This document shows, one piece after another, positions 51,493-64,000 of a stretch of 64,000 nt of DNA. Position 1 is the stretch's first letter; each line of letters starts with the position of its first letter. The DNA comes from Rhabdochlamydiaceae bacterium. GTDB taxonomy: Bacteria; Chlamydiota; Chlamydiia; Chlamydiales; Rhabdochlamydiaceae. The notes beneath the pieces were generated by a model. That model saw only the letters and a list, made by a program, of their open reading frames with translations. It did not search any database and was not told the origin of the DNA. The stretch covers positions 688,626 through 752,625 of the forward strand of contig JAJREF010000001.1 of NCBI GenBank assembly GCA_047459655.1, read 5' to 3'. The position numbers and the translations under genes were made by a program.

Positions 51493-53089
51493 TCGGGAAG
51501 AAACTGCTTTCTAATTCTTAAAATGCTATCTGCTTTTACAATCCATGCATAAAAAAATAAAAGCCCTCCAAATGCTACAGAAAGAGATAAAAACTGAAAA
51601 CACTGATGAAGCAGGGCACGGGGAAACGCTACTTCTTTTCCATGCAATAACATGTTAACCGTAGGATCATTTAAAAAATAATGACCAACAGCAAGGGTGG
51701 ATGCACCTGCAAGCAGCGAACACACCATTACCTTCATGCAAGCATTTCTTGATTCTTGGTCAAAAATAGGCCCTATGGCATTGGATAATTTACGAGATAG
51801 AAATTTATAATTAGCAAATGCAGCAACACTCGTTGCAAGAGCAATACTAGCCGCTCCAAGCCCAAGCCAAAAAACTAAAATAGCATTCAAAAAAAGGCTG
51901 AGCGCAACAGAAAGCAGAGAAGCTTTTAAAGGTGTTTTAAAATCCTTTTTGGCATAGAAGGCTGGCGCCAAAAGAAGCACCAGCACCGCCGGCATAAGAC
52001 CTATCCCATAGGCCCATAAACAAATCGTTACTTGAACTGTTGCTTGAAAATCAAAAAGCCCATGCCCATAAACGAGATTCACTGCAGAAGCCCCAAGGAC
52101 TAACACAGCTACGCTACAAGGGAAAATCAGCGTAAAACTTCGACTCAAAGCAAAATGTAATAGTTTGAGATACTCTGCAATCTTTCCTCCTTGCATGGCC
52201 CGTGAAAGAGGGGGCAGAAGCGCAGAGGCAAGCGCAATACCAAACAAAGAAAGCGGTAAATGGTGTAACCGAATAGCGAAATTAAGATACGCAGGCCCCG
52301 AAAGGGAAGCTGCATGAGCAAAAAGCGTATCAATAGCTGTGTTAATCTGGACAGCACCCACACCAATCACAGTATAAATAATCCCTTTCACCATCTGTAT
52401 AAATTGTGGAGAAAAAAGTTTTGGGCTTAACCACTCTTTCCAAGACAGATACGGCTTCAATAACTTCATAGTCCCTGGGATTACCATCAACCACTGACAC
52501 AAAAAAGCAGCCACAACTCCCAAAGCAAGCCCCTGCATCGCATCTGCAGAAATCCAATCCTTCACCCACCAAATCGCTACTAAAAATATCAGATTGTAAA
52601 TCAGAGGAGATGCAGAAGAAACAAAGTACTTGCGCTCTGATTGCAAGAAGGCGCTAAAAAGCGCATATAAACAAATAAATAAAACCCCTGGCAACATCGT
52701 CATCGTCAAATACAGGATCTCTCTTGTCTCTTGAGCCAATGCCACATGGCGTAAAAAAACAAACAACCCACCTTCTGCAAGAGCAATGATCGCAATAAGA
52801 CAAAAACTAACCGAGGCTGTGAGATCCCGAAAAAAGCAGCCCCCTCTTTTGCAGAAACAGCTCTTGCAGCTTCAAAGTTAGGACTAAAGCCCGCCAGCAA
52901 AGACCCTTCTCCAAAAAGACGCCTCATCAAAATAGAAAAACGCTGTGCAAGAAAAAAATTTGCAATCCCAACACCAGCTCCAAAGCAAGAAGCGATGGCT
53001 ATCTCGCGCAGAAATCCCGTGACCCTGCTTAAAAAAGTCCCTGAAAAAAAATGCATCGCTGAACGCACGATCGATTTAGGCTGGTCCAT
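51480..53089 (-). CDS. murJ: lipid II flippase MurJ, frameshifted
   Basis: SRVTGFLRE, RRLFGEGSL, QINTAID, LPLSLFG, FYAKKDFKTP. Confidence 0.92.
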
Positions 53090-53135
53090 TTAGATCCCTT
53101 GAACAGATGTTGAACTTTCTCTATAATCTAATAAT

Positions 53136-54005
53136 ATGCAAAAAAAATCCACTCAAGAACTGCTGATTGGAGCGCATACTTCTTCGCAAGGAGGAGCATT
53201 CAATGCGTTACTAGAAGGGAAAGAAATTGGCGCAACAACTATCCAATGCTTCACGGCTAACCAAAAAAGATGGGAAGGGAAAGAGATCTCAGAAAAAGAT
53301 ATCGAGCTTTGGGAAGAAGCCCTTCTTAAAACCGACATTCAAAAAGTCATGAGCCACGACAGCTACCTCATCAACCTAGGCTCGCCGAACAAAGAAGGCC
53401 TCGTAAAAAGTAAAAATGCTTTTAAAAAAGAATTGCACCGCTGCCACCAACTAAAAATTTCTTTTTTGAATTTCCACCCAGGGGCTGCCCTCGACTCTTC
53501 TGAAGAGGAATGCTTGAAAACCATTGTCTCATCCCTATCTGAAATGGAGACCCTAGCAGAAAAAGGCCCTACACGGCTTCTCATTGAGACAACCGCTGGT
53601 CAAGGGTCGACTGTAGGATGGAAATTCGAACAGATTGCTTACCTCACAGATAAGCTCCATAAAATAGTTCCTATAGGTGTCTGCATTGATACCTGCCATA
53701 TCTTTGCTGCCGGCTACGACATCCGCACCAAGGCAGATTGGGACAAAACATTAAAAGAGTTTGATAAAATTATCGGTCTTAAGTACCTTTATGCGCTCCA
53801 TGTGAATGATTCTATGAAACCCTTAGGATCAAAAAAAGACCGCCACGCTCCATTAGGGGAAGGGGAAATAGGGATTGAAAGCTTCAAAGCGATGATGAAA
53901 CATCCAGACTTGATAGAGATCCCAAAATACCTAGAAACACCCGATGGGCCACCACTCTGGAAAAAAGAAATTAAAATGTTGAGGGAATTTGCATATTCGC
54001 ATTAA
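53136..54005 (+). CDS. nfo: endonuclease IV
   Basis: GAHTS, HDSYLINL, HPG, ETTAGQG, DTCH, DRH, ETP. Confidence 0.96.
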   Translation: MQKKSTQELLIGAHTSSQGGAFNALLEGKEIGATTIQCFTANQKRWEGKEISEKDIELWEEALLKTDIQKVMSHDSYLINLGSPNKEGLVKSKNAFKKELHRCHQLKISFLNFHPGAALDSSEEECLKTIVSSLSEMETLAEKGPTRLLIETTAGQGSTVGWKFEQIAYLTDKLHKIVPIGVCIDTCHIFAAGYDIRTKADWDKTLKEFDKIIGLKYLYALHVNDSMKPLGSKKDRHAPLGEGEIGIESFKAMMKHPDLIEIPKYLETPDGPPLWKKEIKMLREFAYSH

Positions 54006-55372
54006 AAATATTGATCCTTCTTATTTAGGAAAAACGCTCACACTCGCTGGCTGGGTCCGCACTCTGCGCGACCAGAAAAATTTTGCCTTCATCGAACTCA
54101 ATGATGGCTCTACTTTCCACGGCATTCAAATTGTGATGGATAGCTCCATCTCTTCCTATGAAGAGCTCCTGAAAAACATATCGACAGGCGCCTCTATCGT
54201 TGTTAAAGGTACACTCGTAGAAAGTCCTGGAGCAAAACAAAAGTGGGAAGTGAAAGCCACAGAGATAGAAATTCTTGGCACTTGTTTAAGCGAAGACTAC
54301 CCGCTCCAAAAAAGCGTCACTCCTTTGAATTCTTAAGAACCATTGCACACTTAAGAGCTAGAACAAACACCCAAGGCGCTGTTTTACGTGTCCGTAACGC
54401 CCTAGCCTTTGCAACTCACCTATTTTTCCAAGAGCAAGGCTTTCTCTACATCCAAACTCCCATTATTACTGCTTCTGACTGTGAAGGCGGTGGCCAACAA
54501 TTTCTAGTCACAACGCTCGACCTTAACCGCCTTCCTAAGCTCTCTGATGGCTCTACCAACTTCTCTAAAGACTTTTTCCAGAAGCCAGCCTACCTCACCG
54601 TCTCTGGTCAGTTAAACGGTGAAACTATGGCCTGTGCACTCGGGAACATTTACACTTTTGGCCCTACCTTCCGCGCTGAAAACTCGAACACCTCCAGACA
54701 CCTTGCAGAATTTTGGATGATCGAACCAGAAATGGCCTTTGCTGATTTAAAAGACAACATGGCATGCGCAGAAAACTATCTCAAATACGTAATACGGTAT
54801 GTCCTAAAAACCTGCCCCCAAGATATGGAGTTTTTCGACTCGTTGATTGAAAAAGGGCTCATCGCGCGCCTAACGCACGTCCTTGAAACTCCTTTTGCAC
54901 ACCTCACCTACACAAACGCGATTGCAATATTACAATCTTGTGGAAAATCCTTTGAATTCCCCGTTGAGTGGGGCATCGATCTTCAATCGGAACACGAGCG
55001 CTACCTCTCAGAAGAGCACTGCAAAAAACCTGTTATCCTCACTGACTACCCCGCTAAAATCAAAGCCTTCTACATGCGCGCCAATGAAGATGGAAAGACC
55101 GTAGCTGCTATGGACGTTCTCGTACCAAAAATTGGAGAACTCATCGGCGGCAGTCAACGAGAAGAACGCCTTGAGATCCTCGAGAAAAAAATCACAGAGT
55201 TCGGCTTAAAAGCAGAAGATTATTGGTGGTATCTCCAACTGAGAAAATATGGCTCCGTTCCCCACGCAGGTTTTGGCGCAGGCTTCGAAAGACTCGTCCA
55301 ATTCATCACCGGCATGGAAAACATCCGCGATGTCATTCCTTTCCCCGCTTCCCTGGCCACGCCGAATTTTAA
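53989..55372 (+). CDS. asnS: asparagine--tRNA ligase, two frameshifts
   Basis: [46 protein letters not shown]. Confidence 0.96.
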
Positions 55373-56337
55373 GGAATCAGAACAAACTGCTGTTTATAGT
55401 GAAAAATCTCGATTTGCCTTTCGACACGGCCTGATACTTGCTTTTGGATAGATGTTATTTCTCTTGCCCTTTCTTTCCTTTCATGTTCAACAAGTTTGCC
55501 GACCTCTTCCATGTTGAGGAGCGTTAGGAAAGGGCAGCGATTGAGTTCAGGACTGATCCCACGAGGAACACTTAGATCTAGAATAAGACGCGTTTTCACA
55601 GATTGTGGCACCTCGGAAATCACATACCCTGTATTTTGCGTCCCACAAATCACCAGATCATACTGATGCCATATACCTAAAGAAGACCAGTCAATGATTG
55701 ACACACCATGATCTAAAGCAAAAGGTTCTGCCGCATGGGGCGATCTTGTACAAAAAGTCATTTTAACCAACGCTCTCTGCAAAAGAGCTTTTGCTATTTT
55801 GCGGTTGATCTCAGAAAAACCAATCATCAAAATTGTCAGCGGTATTCTTTCATAGAAAAAGTTATGCACTAAACGCTGCACCGTTCCTTCAAGCGTCATC
55901 GGAGAGAGAAATGTCGAGCGAATCTCCTTCCCAAGCTTCAAGCTCTTCTGAAATAGAAAATGTAGCGCAGAAGGCAGGTGGTGGCGCTCGCACGCCTCTC
56001 CATAGGCTAATTTCACCTGCCTTTGAATATCACTTTCTCCTAAGATCGCACTCTCAAGACCCGCTGTGACCATGGCTAAATGCTCAAAACATTCCCTTCC
56101 GAAAAAAGAATACATCGCATGATCAAATGACGATACCACAACTTTTTTTAGCGCATGAAAAATATCACTGTGAGTGCTTGCTAGATCCGTTGAACTAAAA
56201 TAAATTTCCGTCCGATTGCATGTGGACAGAATAACAAAATGTTCATTTTTAAGAAAAAGATGGCAAGCTTCAGCAATTTCTTCTCGCAGTCCAAGCTCTG
56301 CCGATTCATAACTGATCCCTATCACACCAACATGCAT
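55369..56337 (-). CDS. hemA: glutamyl-tRNA reductase (short chlamydial form)
   Basis: [25 protein letters not shown]. Confidence 0.88.
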   Translation of the reverse strand: MHVGVIGISYESAELGLREEIAEACHLFLKNEHFVILSTCNRTEIYFSSTDLASTHSDIFHALKKVVVSSFDHAMYSFFGRECFEHLAMVTAGLESAILGESDIQRQVKLAYGEACERHHLPSALHFLFQKSLKLGKEIRSTFLSPMTLEGTVQRLVHNFFYERIPLTILMIGFSEINRKIAKALLQRALVKMTFCTRSPHAAEPFALDHGVSIIDWSSLGIWHQYDLVICGTQNTGYVISEVPQSVKTRLILDLSVPRGISPELNRCPFLTLLNMEEVGKLVEHERKERAREITSIQKQVSGRVERQIEIFHYKQQFVLIP

Positions 56338-56371
56338 CCCTTCCCCCTAAAAGAGCCAGTTATAATTTAGG

Positions 56372-56773
56372 TTATGAAATAACCGCAAGAATACAATGCA
56401 TATCAAATCCTCGCCGTTGCAGAGCAGCCATTTTTTTGATACGATCTTTTTTCTTCCATGCTTCTTTTTTCAAGAGCTCCCTGATTGCTTCCTTTTGATC
56501 TTCCACAGAAAGCCTCTTCTCTTTTAAGCCAGCGCTTTTCATCTTGTAAGCAATCAAGCCAGGGCCATAGCCCTTTCTCTTAAATCTTTCCGTTCTTCTT
56601 TCCGCTTCCCCTTCATCATTTAAAAATCCGAGACGTTTGCACTCTTCTACAGCCCATGCCACTTCTGCTTCTGCGAACCCTCGCAAATTCAATTTTTTAA
56701 TTAACTCTAAAGAGGAATAGCTTCTAATACTCAGTAATCTTAATGCTATTTTTTTGACTTCTTTATTTTCCAT
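56372..56773 (-). CDS. recX: regulatory protein RecX
   Basis: ALRLLSIRSYSSLEL, GFLND, LQRRGF. Confidence 0.85.
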   Translation of the reverse strand: MENKEVKKIALRLLSIRSYSSLELIKKLNLRGFAEAEVAWAVEECKRLGFLNDEGEAERRTERFKRKGYGPGLIAYKMKSAGLKEKRLSVEDQKEAIRELLKKEAWKKKDRIKKMAALQRRGFDMHCILAVIS

Positions 56774-56845
56774 AGAACACTTGTTTGACAATGATATAAC
56801 TTTAATTTATAATGAAACAAAAAGATATTAAAAATAAGAGTAACT

Positions 56846-57139
56846 ATGGGCGTAGATCCTATCAATTCTCCCGGATATAATTCTAGCCCTGGTGGCAAAA
56901 CTGAAAACTGGGGCAAAGGCGTTATGCCGCCTGGCAAACCCTTGCCTGCCGATAGTACATGGGTTAAATCTTTACGCCGCCTCTTCCCTCATGCTTCTGA
57001 AGCAGAGATTATGGAATACGCTTCTCGCTTCCGAGATAATATGTTTACTGCAGTCCAAGATCAGATAAAACATGATGCAAAAAAACAAAAAGAAGCGGCA
57101 GACAGACTCAAAAGAGTGGCGCAAGGACAAGACGATTAG
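56846..57139 (+). CDS. hypothetical protein
   Basis: 97-aa ORF abutting rluD. Confidence 0.6.
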   Translation: MGVDPINSPGYNSSPGGKTENWGKGVMPPGKPLPADSTWVKSLRRLFPHASEAEIMEYASRFRDNMFTAVQDQIKHDAKKQKEAADRLKRVAQGQDD

Positions 57140-58042
57140 ATGGAACCACAAAAGCCTAACTCTTTAACCGTGTCAGGATCTGAAGCAAGAGTCCGCCTTG
57201 ATAAGTTTCTCGCCTCCCACTTCCCCGATTATTCCCGTTCCTATTTCCAATACCTGATTGAAAATGGATTTGTCCTTGTCAATGGAGAAAAACTCAAAAA
57301 AAGAGAAATTCCGCTACCTGGAGATGAGATTGAAGTCTGCTTCCAGCTCACACCTGAACTATCTCTTGAGCCAGAAAACATTCCCCTTGATATTCTCTTT
57401 GAAGATGAACACCTCATTGCTGTGAATAAACCGATAGGGATGGTTGTGCATCCAGCTCCAGGCAGTCCCAATCACACCTTTGTCAATGCCCTTCTTTATC
57501 ACTGCAAAACACTTCCCGACAGTGGCAACCTACGCCCAGGGATCGTTCATCGCCTTGATAAAGATACTTCAGGTGTACTAATCGCTGCTAAAACGCACGA
57601 GGCCCATCAAAAGCTCGTTTCCATGTTTTGTGATCGAACCATACACAAAAAATATATCGCCGTCTGCCTGGGCAATCCTGGCACACTCGAAATTTCCGCT
57701 CCCATTAAAAGACACCCTACAAGACGGCAAGAGATGGCTGTCTCCTCTGAAGGAAAAATAGCCATCTCCCGCGTGAAAACATTAGCATCAGACGGCCTCT
57801 CTTGTCGAAATCGAACTTGTAACTGGAAGAACCCATCAAATCCGCGTGCACCTTAAACACCAAGGAACACCTGTGTTAGGAGATCCCGTATATGGCTTCT
57901 ATCTCTTCCAACCAAAAATATAGCATCCATCGTCAACTTCTTCACGCCCACGAACTCTCTTTTGTACATCCATGTACCAACAAGCCCCTCCGGCTTGTAG
58001 CACCTCCCGCTCCAGACATATTGCATTTTTTTCCTTCCCTGA
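57140..58042 (+). CDS. rluD: RluD-type pseudouridine synthase, frameshifted
   Basis: S4 domain [30 protein letters not shown] in the shifted frame. Confidence 0.9.
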
Positions 58043-58353
58043 ACCTATCCCATTAAGGAGCCTCTGAATAAGTGCTTTGTTCGGAGATTGCTGATCAATT
58101 TTTTGAAGACGACGATTTTGGAAAACGCAGCTAACATGCAGAATGTTAGCGAGTTTGAAAAATCTAGTATTCGCAAAAATTGGTGGCAAGATTCGGCAAA
58201 TGACTTGTCCAGAGGTTCCTTAATAAGTTTCAATCGATTTTTGGGATTATTTTGATCGATTTTCAATTCTTTTCGGGGAGCCACATCAACATTCGTATAT
58301 GGCTCCCCGAAAAAAAAATCGAAAATCGACGAAAAATATTGCTAGGATAGGTT
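58041..58353. mobile_element. second palindromic element (GAACCTATCC ends) interrupted by MITE copy 2
   Basis: GAACCTATCC at 58041 and GGATAGGTTC at 58344; central TTTTCGGGGAGCCA-N16-TGGCTCCCCGAAAA stem. Confidence 0.75.
58057..58219. mobile_element. 163-bp palindromic MITE-like element, copy 2
   Basis: TTAA at 58053-58056 and 58220-58223; near-identical to 8491..8652. Confidence 0.9.
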
Positions 58354-58425
58354 CCTCTTTAAAATCTAAAGAAAAAGTTTAAAAAGACTTGCTTAATATA
58401 AGATTTGTAAATTATATTCGCCAGA

Positions 58426-58471
58426 GAACCTATACTGATATTGAGATTTTCTCTATTCTCAGTATAGGTTC
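58426..58471 (+). promoter_or_regulatory. 13-bp perfect inverted repeat in the khpA leader
   Basis: GAACCTATACTGA-N20-TCAGTATAGGTTC just after a TTGCTT..TATATT promoter-like sequence. Confidence 0.55.
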
Positions 58472-58508
58472 GAAGATTTCTAATTCTGAGTAAATGAAGG
58501 ATCGAAAT

Positions 58509-58766
58509 ATGAAAGAATTTGTCGAATATATTGTTAAGAATCTCGTTGATAATCCAGACCAAGTGCGTATTAGTGAAGTGGGTGGAACGCACTCCCTCAT
58601 CATTGAACTTTCAGTAGAAAAGTCGGATATCGGCAAAATTATTGGAAAGAAAGGCAAAACTATCAATGCAATCCGGACCCTCCTTATGTCTGTTGCTAGC
58701 CGGAATGGGATCCGTGTTAACCTGGAAATTCTAGAAGAGCCAAAAGTGCCTGAACAGACTGTTTAG
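58509..58766 (+). CDS. khpA: KH-domain RNA-binding protein
   Basis: IVKNLVDNP, DIGKIIGKKGKTINAIR. Confidence 0.92.
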   Translation: MKEFVEYIVKNLVDNPDQVRISEVGGTHSLIIELSVEKSDIGKIIGKKGKTINAIRTLLMSVASRNGIRVNLEILEEPKVPEQTV

Positions 58767-58805
58767 TTTTATATAGACGCGTAATGATTTTTATCATATC
58801 TAGTA

Positions 58806-60199
58806 ATGGCTATGGGCACACAAGATCGCTTCCGCTTCAGATGGTGGACTCTTCTGGGAATATCGATCCTTGCGTTCACGGCATTTCTAGATTTTACGAT
58901 TGTTAATACTGCTTTACCCTTTATTCAAACCGCCTTAAAGGCAGATATACTGCACCTGCAGTGGATCGTAAACATCTTCATTATCATTCTCAGTATGACA
59001 ATGATCGCAATGGGGAAATTTGCAGACCTATGGGGCAGAAAAAAGGTGTTCTATAGCGGCGTGTTTGTTTTTGCCATTGCAGCTTTAGGTGCAGGCTTCA
59101 GCCAAACAATAGAAGTGTTGATATTTTTTCGCGCTCTGCAGGGACTCGGAGCTGCTGTTCTTTTTATCGTTTCTGTTGCCTTGTTATCAGATGTATTTCC
59201 CGAACAAGAAAGAGTAAGAGCCATCGGCATTTATGGTGGAGTCACAGGCTTTGGGCTGATGATCGGCCCTTTCTTCGGAGGCCTTTTAGTGAATGTTCTA
59301 GATTGGCGATGGGTATTTTGGATTAATCTCCCATTCATTGTAGCAGGTCTTTTGGCTTGTTCTTTTAGTCTAAAGGGTCACATCGATAAACAACATTCTA
59401 CCAAGATCGATTGGTGGGGACTTTCTCTTTTGATTTGCGGTCTTGGATCTTTGATGTATGGGATCATTACAGGTGCAGAGGAAAACTGGACTTCCATTCC
59501 AGCATGGATTTGTCTCGGATCCGGTATATTAGCCCTGACCAGTTTGATTATCCTTGATAAGATAAAAAAGAATCCCCTACTTGACCTTCAAATTTTCAAA
59601 GACAACTTGGTTTCTCTTGCAGCTCTCAGCAGCGCCATGGCAGGAACTGTCTCTACGGTGTTCATGTTTTTCGACCCCCTGTATTTACGCACACTCCGGG
59701 AGCTACCCCCTTTTCTGATAGGGCTTCTCATCGCCGCTATTCCTGCAGCTCAAACACTCATCGCATTTGTCTTTGCACGCTCCATGAAATGGTTTGGGAA
59801 TACAAACCTACTTTTTGTTTCAGTAGTTGCAGCCTTTTTAGCTACAGCTTCCCATCGCCTCATCGCCCTTCACACCCCATTTCTCTTCTTGATCCTTCCC
59901 TTTTTCTCATAGGGATCAGCTGGGGACTCGGCAATTCCGCTACAATGACAGCTGTAACACGCGTCGTTCCACCCCACAAAATTGGCGCCACCATCGGAAC
60001 GATCGGAACGATTTGGAATATTGCAGGCTCACTTCTTTTGGCAATAAGCACAGCTATTTTTCACACCGTAGAAATAAAAACCTCATTCTTACCCGCCTTT
60101 CATAGAACGATTGATTTCAATATTGCCTTTGCAACACTTGCTCTCATCGCAGCAATCTGGCTACGCAGCTGCATCCACATAAACAACACAAAAATTTAA
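58806..60199 (+). CDS. DHA2-type MFS efflux transporter, frameshift near 59900
   Basis: DFTIVNTALP, GKFADLWGRKK, WRWVFWINLP. Confidence 0.88.
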
Positions 60200-60659
60200 C
60201 TATCTCATGTAGATGTGCCCTCCTTCTGTACGCAAGGGCAGTTTTAAGGTGAACATGGGGTGTTGCGAAGAAGTCTTATATTCAATTAAGTTTTCTGGAG
60301 ATTAGGTTAAAATTTTTCGATAAAACTGAAAAACCCTGGAGGAGACATATGCCGCGCAAAGAAAGTCATAGGGTTTGACAAAGCAAATCCCGCTTCCTTA
60401 GCAAGGTCTTTAAAGCGGTCATATTCTTCACTCTCACTAAGAATGGTTCGATTTGGGTCAGGGTATTGCCGATGGTCAGCACCAGCAGCTAATAATGGAG
60501 AAGATCAATACATTCATATTCTCTTATATTATGTGAAGTTGCGTTGTTATTTTATCATTAAACTCAAGACTACAAAGCAAAAAAAACATTGCTTAAATTA
60601 AAAATAATTCATACTATCGTCTGAAGATTTTTTAACTGTATCAAGAAAATAAGGTAGAT

Positions 60660-63600
60660 ATGGAATATGTGAATGCACCTAGATCTGCTGAACGATTTAA
60701 CGCTTTATCAGCTGGCTTAGAAGCTACGGAGCATGAAGAATTAAGTAGATCGATCATCGGTCTGTACGCAATTGATTCAGTAATGAGGGAGGTTATTTCT
60801 TTGCGAGGTCGAACTGTTGAGTGCCTCTTTGGAAGCGCTAGAAGAGCTCGAAACAAGACCTTCTGCATACACGAACTTTTTTGGTTTTTTCTGGCATTCT
60901 TCAGCCCCTAGTTAATCGAGATACGAGAAGGAAATCATGAACCGATTTTGAGACTCGTTATAGTCTGCTAGAGAATTCGTTATGGAGGGTGGCCAATATG
61001 TTCCACATCGATGAAATCAAAGAGGGAAGAGTTGAAGGTTGCTTTTGCAGACTACCCTAAGGAAGACAATTTTAGCTTTTCAAGAAAAAGTCTTAGGTTT
61101 TTCTTCTGATAAATTTAGATGAGATCGTTGGAATTGTCAAATACAACGACAGCCAAATGGAATGAAGAAAAAACAAAGACTCACTGAAATCTATTATCAA
61201 ATGCTTGATAATAAAACAGCAGCTAACGGATGAATTGGAGCGATTGGGCTGCTCAGCAAAGAATGGATATTAGCCATCCGCACATCGTTAGCCCGACCTT
61301 CTAAGAATCAGTGGAATGCAGCTCAAGGTGGAGATCTTTCTTATTTGCAAGCTGCTTACCGGCAAAAATGGTTTTGGCAAAGAGAAGCATTTCTCAATGA
61401 GCTGAAAGATGGAAGGACCTTGCTTCACTTTGTCATGTCTCAGGACGCCATTTCACATGTTACTCGTTGGCTCCTAGATTGTCGGAGCGAATCCGCGCTT
61501 GCAGAGATATCGGATGGATATATGCCTCTCCATTGGGCTGCAAAGGTTGGAGATTTGGACAGCGTTCAGGCACTTGCTGGGCTAGCACGCTGAATGGCAA
61601 GGGGGCTATATGCCAGAACTCCTCTTCATATGGCGAGCTCACAATGGGCATCACCTAGTTGTCAGATGCCTTCTTGATACATGGGGCTGACATCAACGCT
61701 CAGACAAATAGAGGAAGATGCATGAAAAGACTCCTTTGCATGATGCAGTGACCTTAGAAACCGAAGTCTTGTTGTTTCTGCACTTGTCAGACATCCTCTT
61801 CTTAATCCTAACCTAAGAGACTCTTCAGGACACTCTCCATTTTATCATGCAGTTTGCGATGGTTTAGTTGATATCGCCACTTTGATTGTAGGCCACGTAA
61901 AGTGGAAGCCTATTACTGATCCAACAGATCCTGACTATTCAAGATTTTTAGGAAGACCCCTAGGGATAATGCAGATGCAATGAGAGAGTTTCTTGAAAAG
62001 CTTACAGGAACTCCACGCTCTTGAGAGGTCTTTTGTCAGAATATAAACAAAGGTGTATTTTATGACTTTTCCTGACTCTATTACTGCTTTTGCAACAGTT
62101 TCTCTACCCCCCTCACTATGTATGAGCAAAGCAAGGTCCTTGAGAACTTTGAAAGCTTGCTCAGAGCAGGAGGCTTTCTAGAGCAGGAGGCTTTGTAGAT
62201 AAGTATCATTCACCTTCCGAAACTCTTTTTTTACGACTCTCTTCGGAAGAGAAAGCCGCGGAAATTGATCAGCTCGCAGGCTTGTTTTTGATTCTGTCTG
62301 ATTTTGATTGCGATAACATAAAGAAAATTTACAACTATTTGTTTTATTTATTTCCTTATTTTAAAGAGCAGGACATCGCTCGTTTTTTTAATGAGAGCTT
62401 GACTCCAGGTGGCTCTTCTGCCCCTCCCTTCCAAAAATTGATCAACTATGCCCCAGCGTTAAAAGATCAACAAAGAGATCTCTCTTTGTTTTTAGCCCTT
62501 TGGCATAAAAGGCAAGCCGCTCTTGTCCCCATAGAGCAGCGGCTAATTTTTTACTCTGAAGCAATGCACTACTTTGCCACAGCTTCTAATATAGCAAAGA
62601 CACAAGGTGGTATTGCTCTTGTAGAAGAAATAACCCTAAGTGCTTCCAACATATTGATAAAAATAGCAGAAACTCATGCTGAATCCTTTGAAGAAAAACT
62701 GGAAAGAGCAGGCAGGGGTGGAAGACACGAAGACGTTGCTGAACTTTTTATGCATGTAGATAGCTTAAAAAGACTCTGCATTCAAAAAAAGATCAAGTTC
62801 TTCCCCAAAGATTTTATAATTGTTTTATTAGAGTAGCCACCGCATTTTCATCAACTTTACAAGAAAAATATGCTCAACATATAAGGTCTGCCCAAAGAGC
62901 TCTCGCAATTCCACATGAACTTTCTTCCACAAACACCCCTAGAGAGGTATACTCAACAACTACAGACATACCGAGCCTCATTTAAGTGTTTTCTAACGGA
63001 TAAACCAGACGTGAGAGGATTCCAGAAGAGAGTAACCGAAGCAACTCTTTGCCTTTGTTCAAGATATCCTCTGCAGACACTTTTGCCATTTTAGGTCCCC
63101 CTCCTTGCCACTATGATATCCGTGCAATGGGCTCTATTGCAAGAGAAGAGGCAACCCCATTTTCTGATCTTGAACTCATGATTCTCGTAGAAAAAGAGGA
63201 AGTAAGGCCCTATTTTAAGCAACTTGTAAAAATTCTTAACCTTCAAATTATCTCCCTAGGAGAAACTGCCAGCCCCAAGCTCACTTTCACCTGTCTTCAC
63301 GCAAAAAACTCTTCAGGATTCCATATCGATTTTAATGTCAACCCCGATCAAGATCCAGATTTGATGGGAACACCTGAGCAAGTTAAGCAAACACCAAAAA
63401 AACCTTGCAGAGCCAGGAACAGCTGCACAAATGGTTCGCACATCCCTGTCTCTTCATAGAAATGAGCCCTTAGATTCCTTATTTCAAAAATACCAGTCGT
63501 GGTATGCGTGCTATCTTTGATGCTCCAGAAGAGAGACCCACTAGACACACGCTAGCCTTCCATATACTGAAAATAAGATTAGAAGACTATCATAAGACCT

Positions 63601-64000
63601 GGGGAATAGCCCGCTATTCCTCCTGTTTTCAATCTAAAAACACACTACATTCAACCCCTCCATCTTTGCCTTGCTGATATCGGTCTCTATTTTAAAATAG
63701 AGGCCACCAATACCATAGACATTGTAGATGGCCTTTTCCAAGCCAAAATTTTTACCAAAGAAACAGCTGATCTTATCAAAGAGGCTCTATCGTTCACCTA
63801 CCAGATGAGAATCCGTACACATGATTTTTACAGAGAACAAAGGGATGATCTCTGCATAGATGCTAACGCTGCTATGAACTGCAGGATGCTCTCCCTAGAA
63901 GAAAAAGAACAGCTCGAAAAAATCTACTGGCTTGTTTTACGTCCTCTCTATCAATCGTTAGGGAAGGGGCTGTCTTTGTCGCAAGAGATAACATCAAAAC
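60660..64000 (+). pseudogene. heavily disrupted ankyrin-repeat + DUF294-like nucleotidyltransferase gene (runs off window)
   Basis: Ankyrin motifs GRTLLHF, GYMPLHWAA, KTPLHDAV; NTase motif GPPPC...MGSIAREEATPFSDLE; many stops and frameshifts. Confidence 0.7.

Noticed and set aside
58045..58284. 79-aa protein resembling the M61 tail
   Set aside because: It is the translation of the MITE itself, not an independent gene

Overview
About 64 kb of chromosome from a member of the Chlamydiota, probably an environmental chlamydia. The gene content fits: kdsD, lpxK, gmhA, waaF, eukaryote-type UDP-sugar pyrophosphorylase, lspA-dksA-nrdR, znuABC beside rplU-rpmA-obgE, and tRNA-Arg(TCG). Most of the window is housekeeping genes. 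About 20 of them, including essential ones, are split by 1-nt indels that look like long-read consensus errors. The unusual parts are five. (1) A family of ~162-bp palindromic, TTAA-duplicating MITE-like elements: one has rewritten a peptidase C-terminus, one is nested in a second palindromic element, one is cut by a group II intron, and two ends bracket an orphan ORF. (2) A class IIC group II intron whose 5' exon is a hairpin in a tRNA-Leu-linked tandem repeat but whose 3' exon is half of the MITE. (3) An IS1202/ISNCY element whose 16-bp target duplication recurs exactly elsewhere. (4) A whole-gene duplication of tRNA-Ser(GGA) bracketing a frameshifted membrane protein with a eukaryote-like RING finger and three internal beta-rich repeats. 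(5) Several atypical proteins and unannotated small ORFs.
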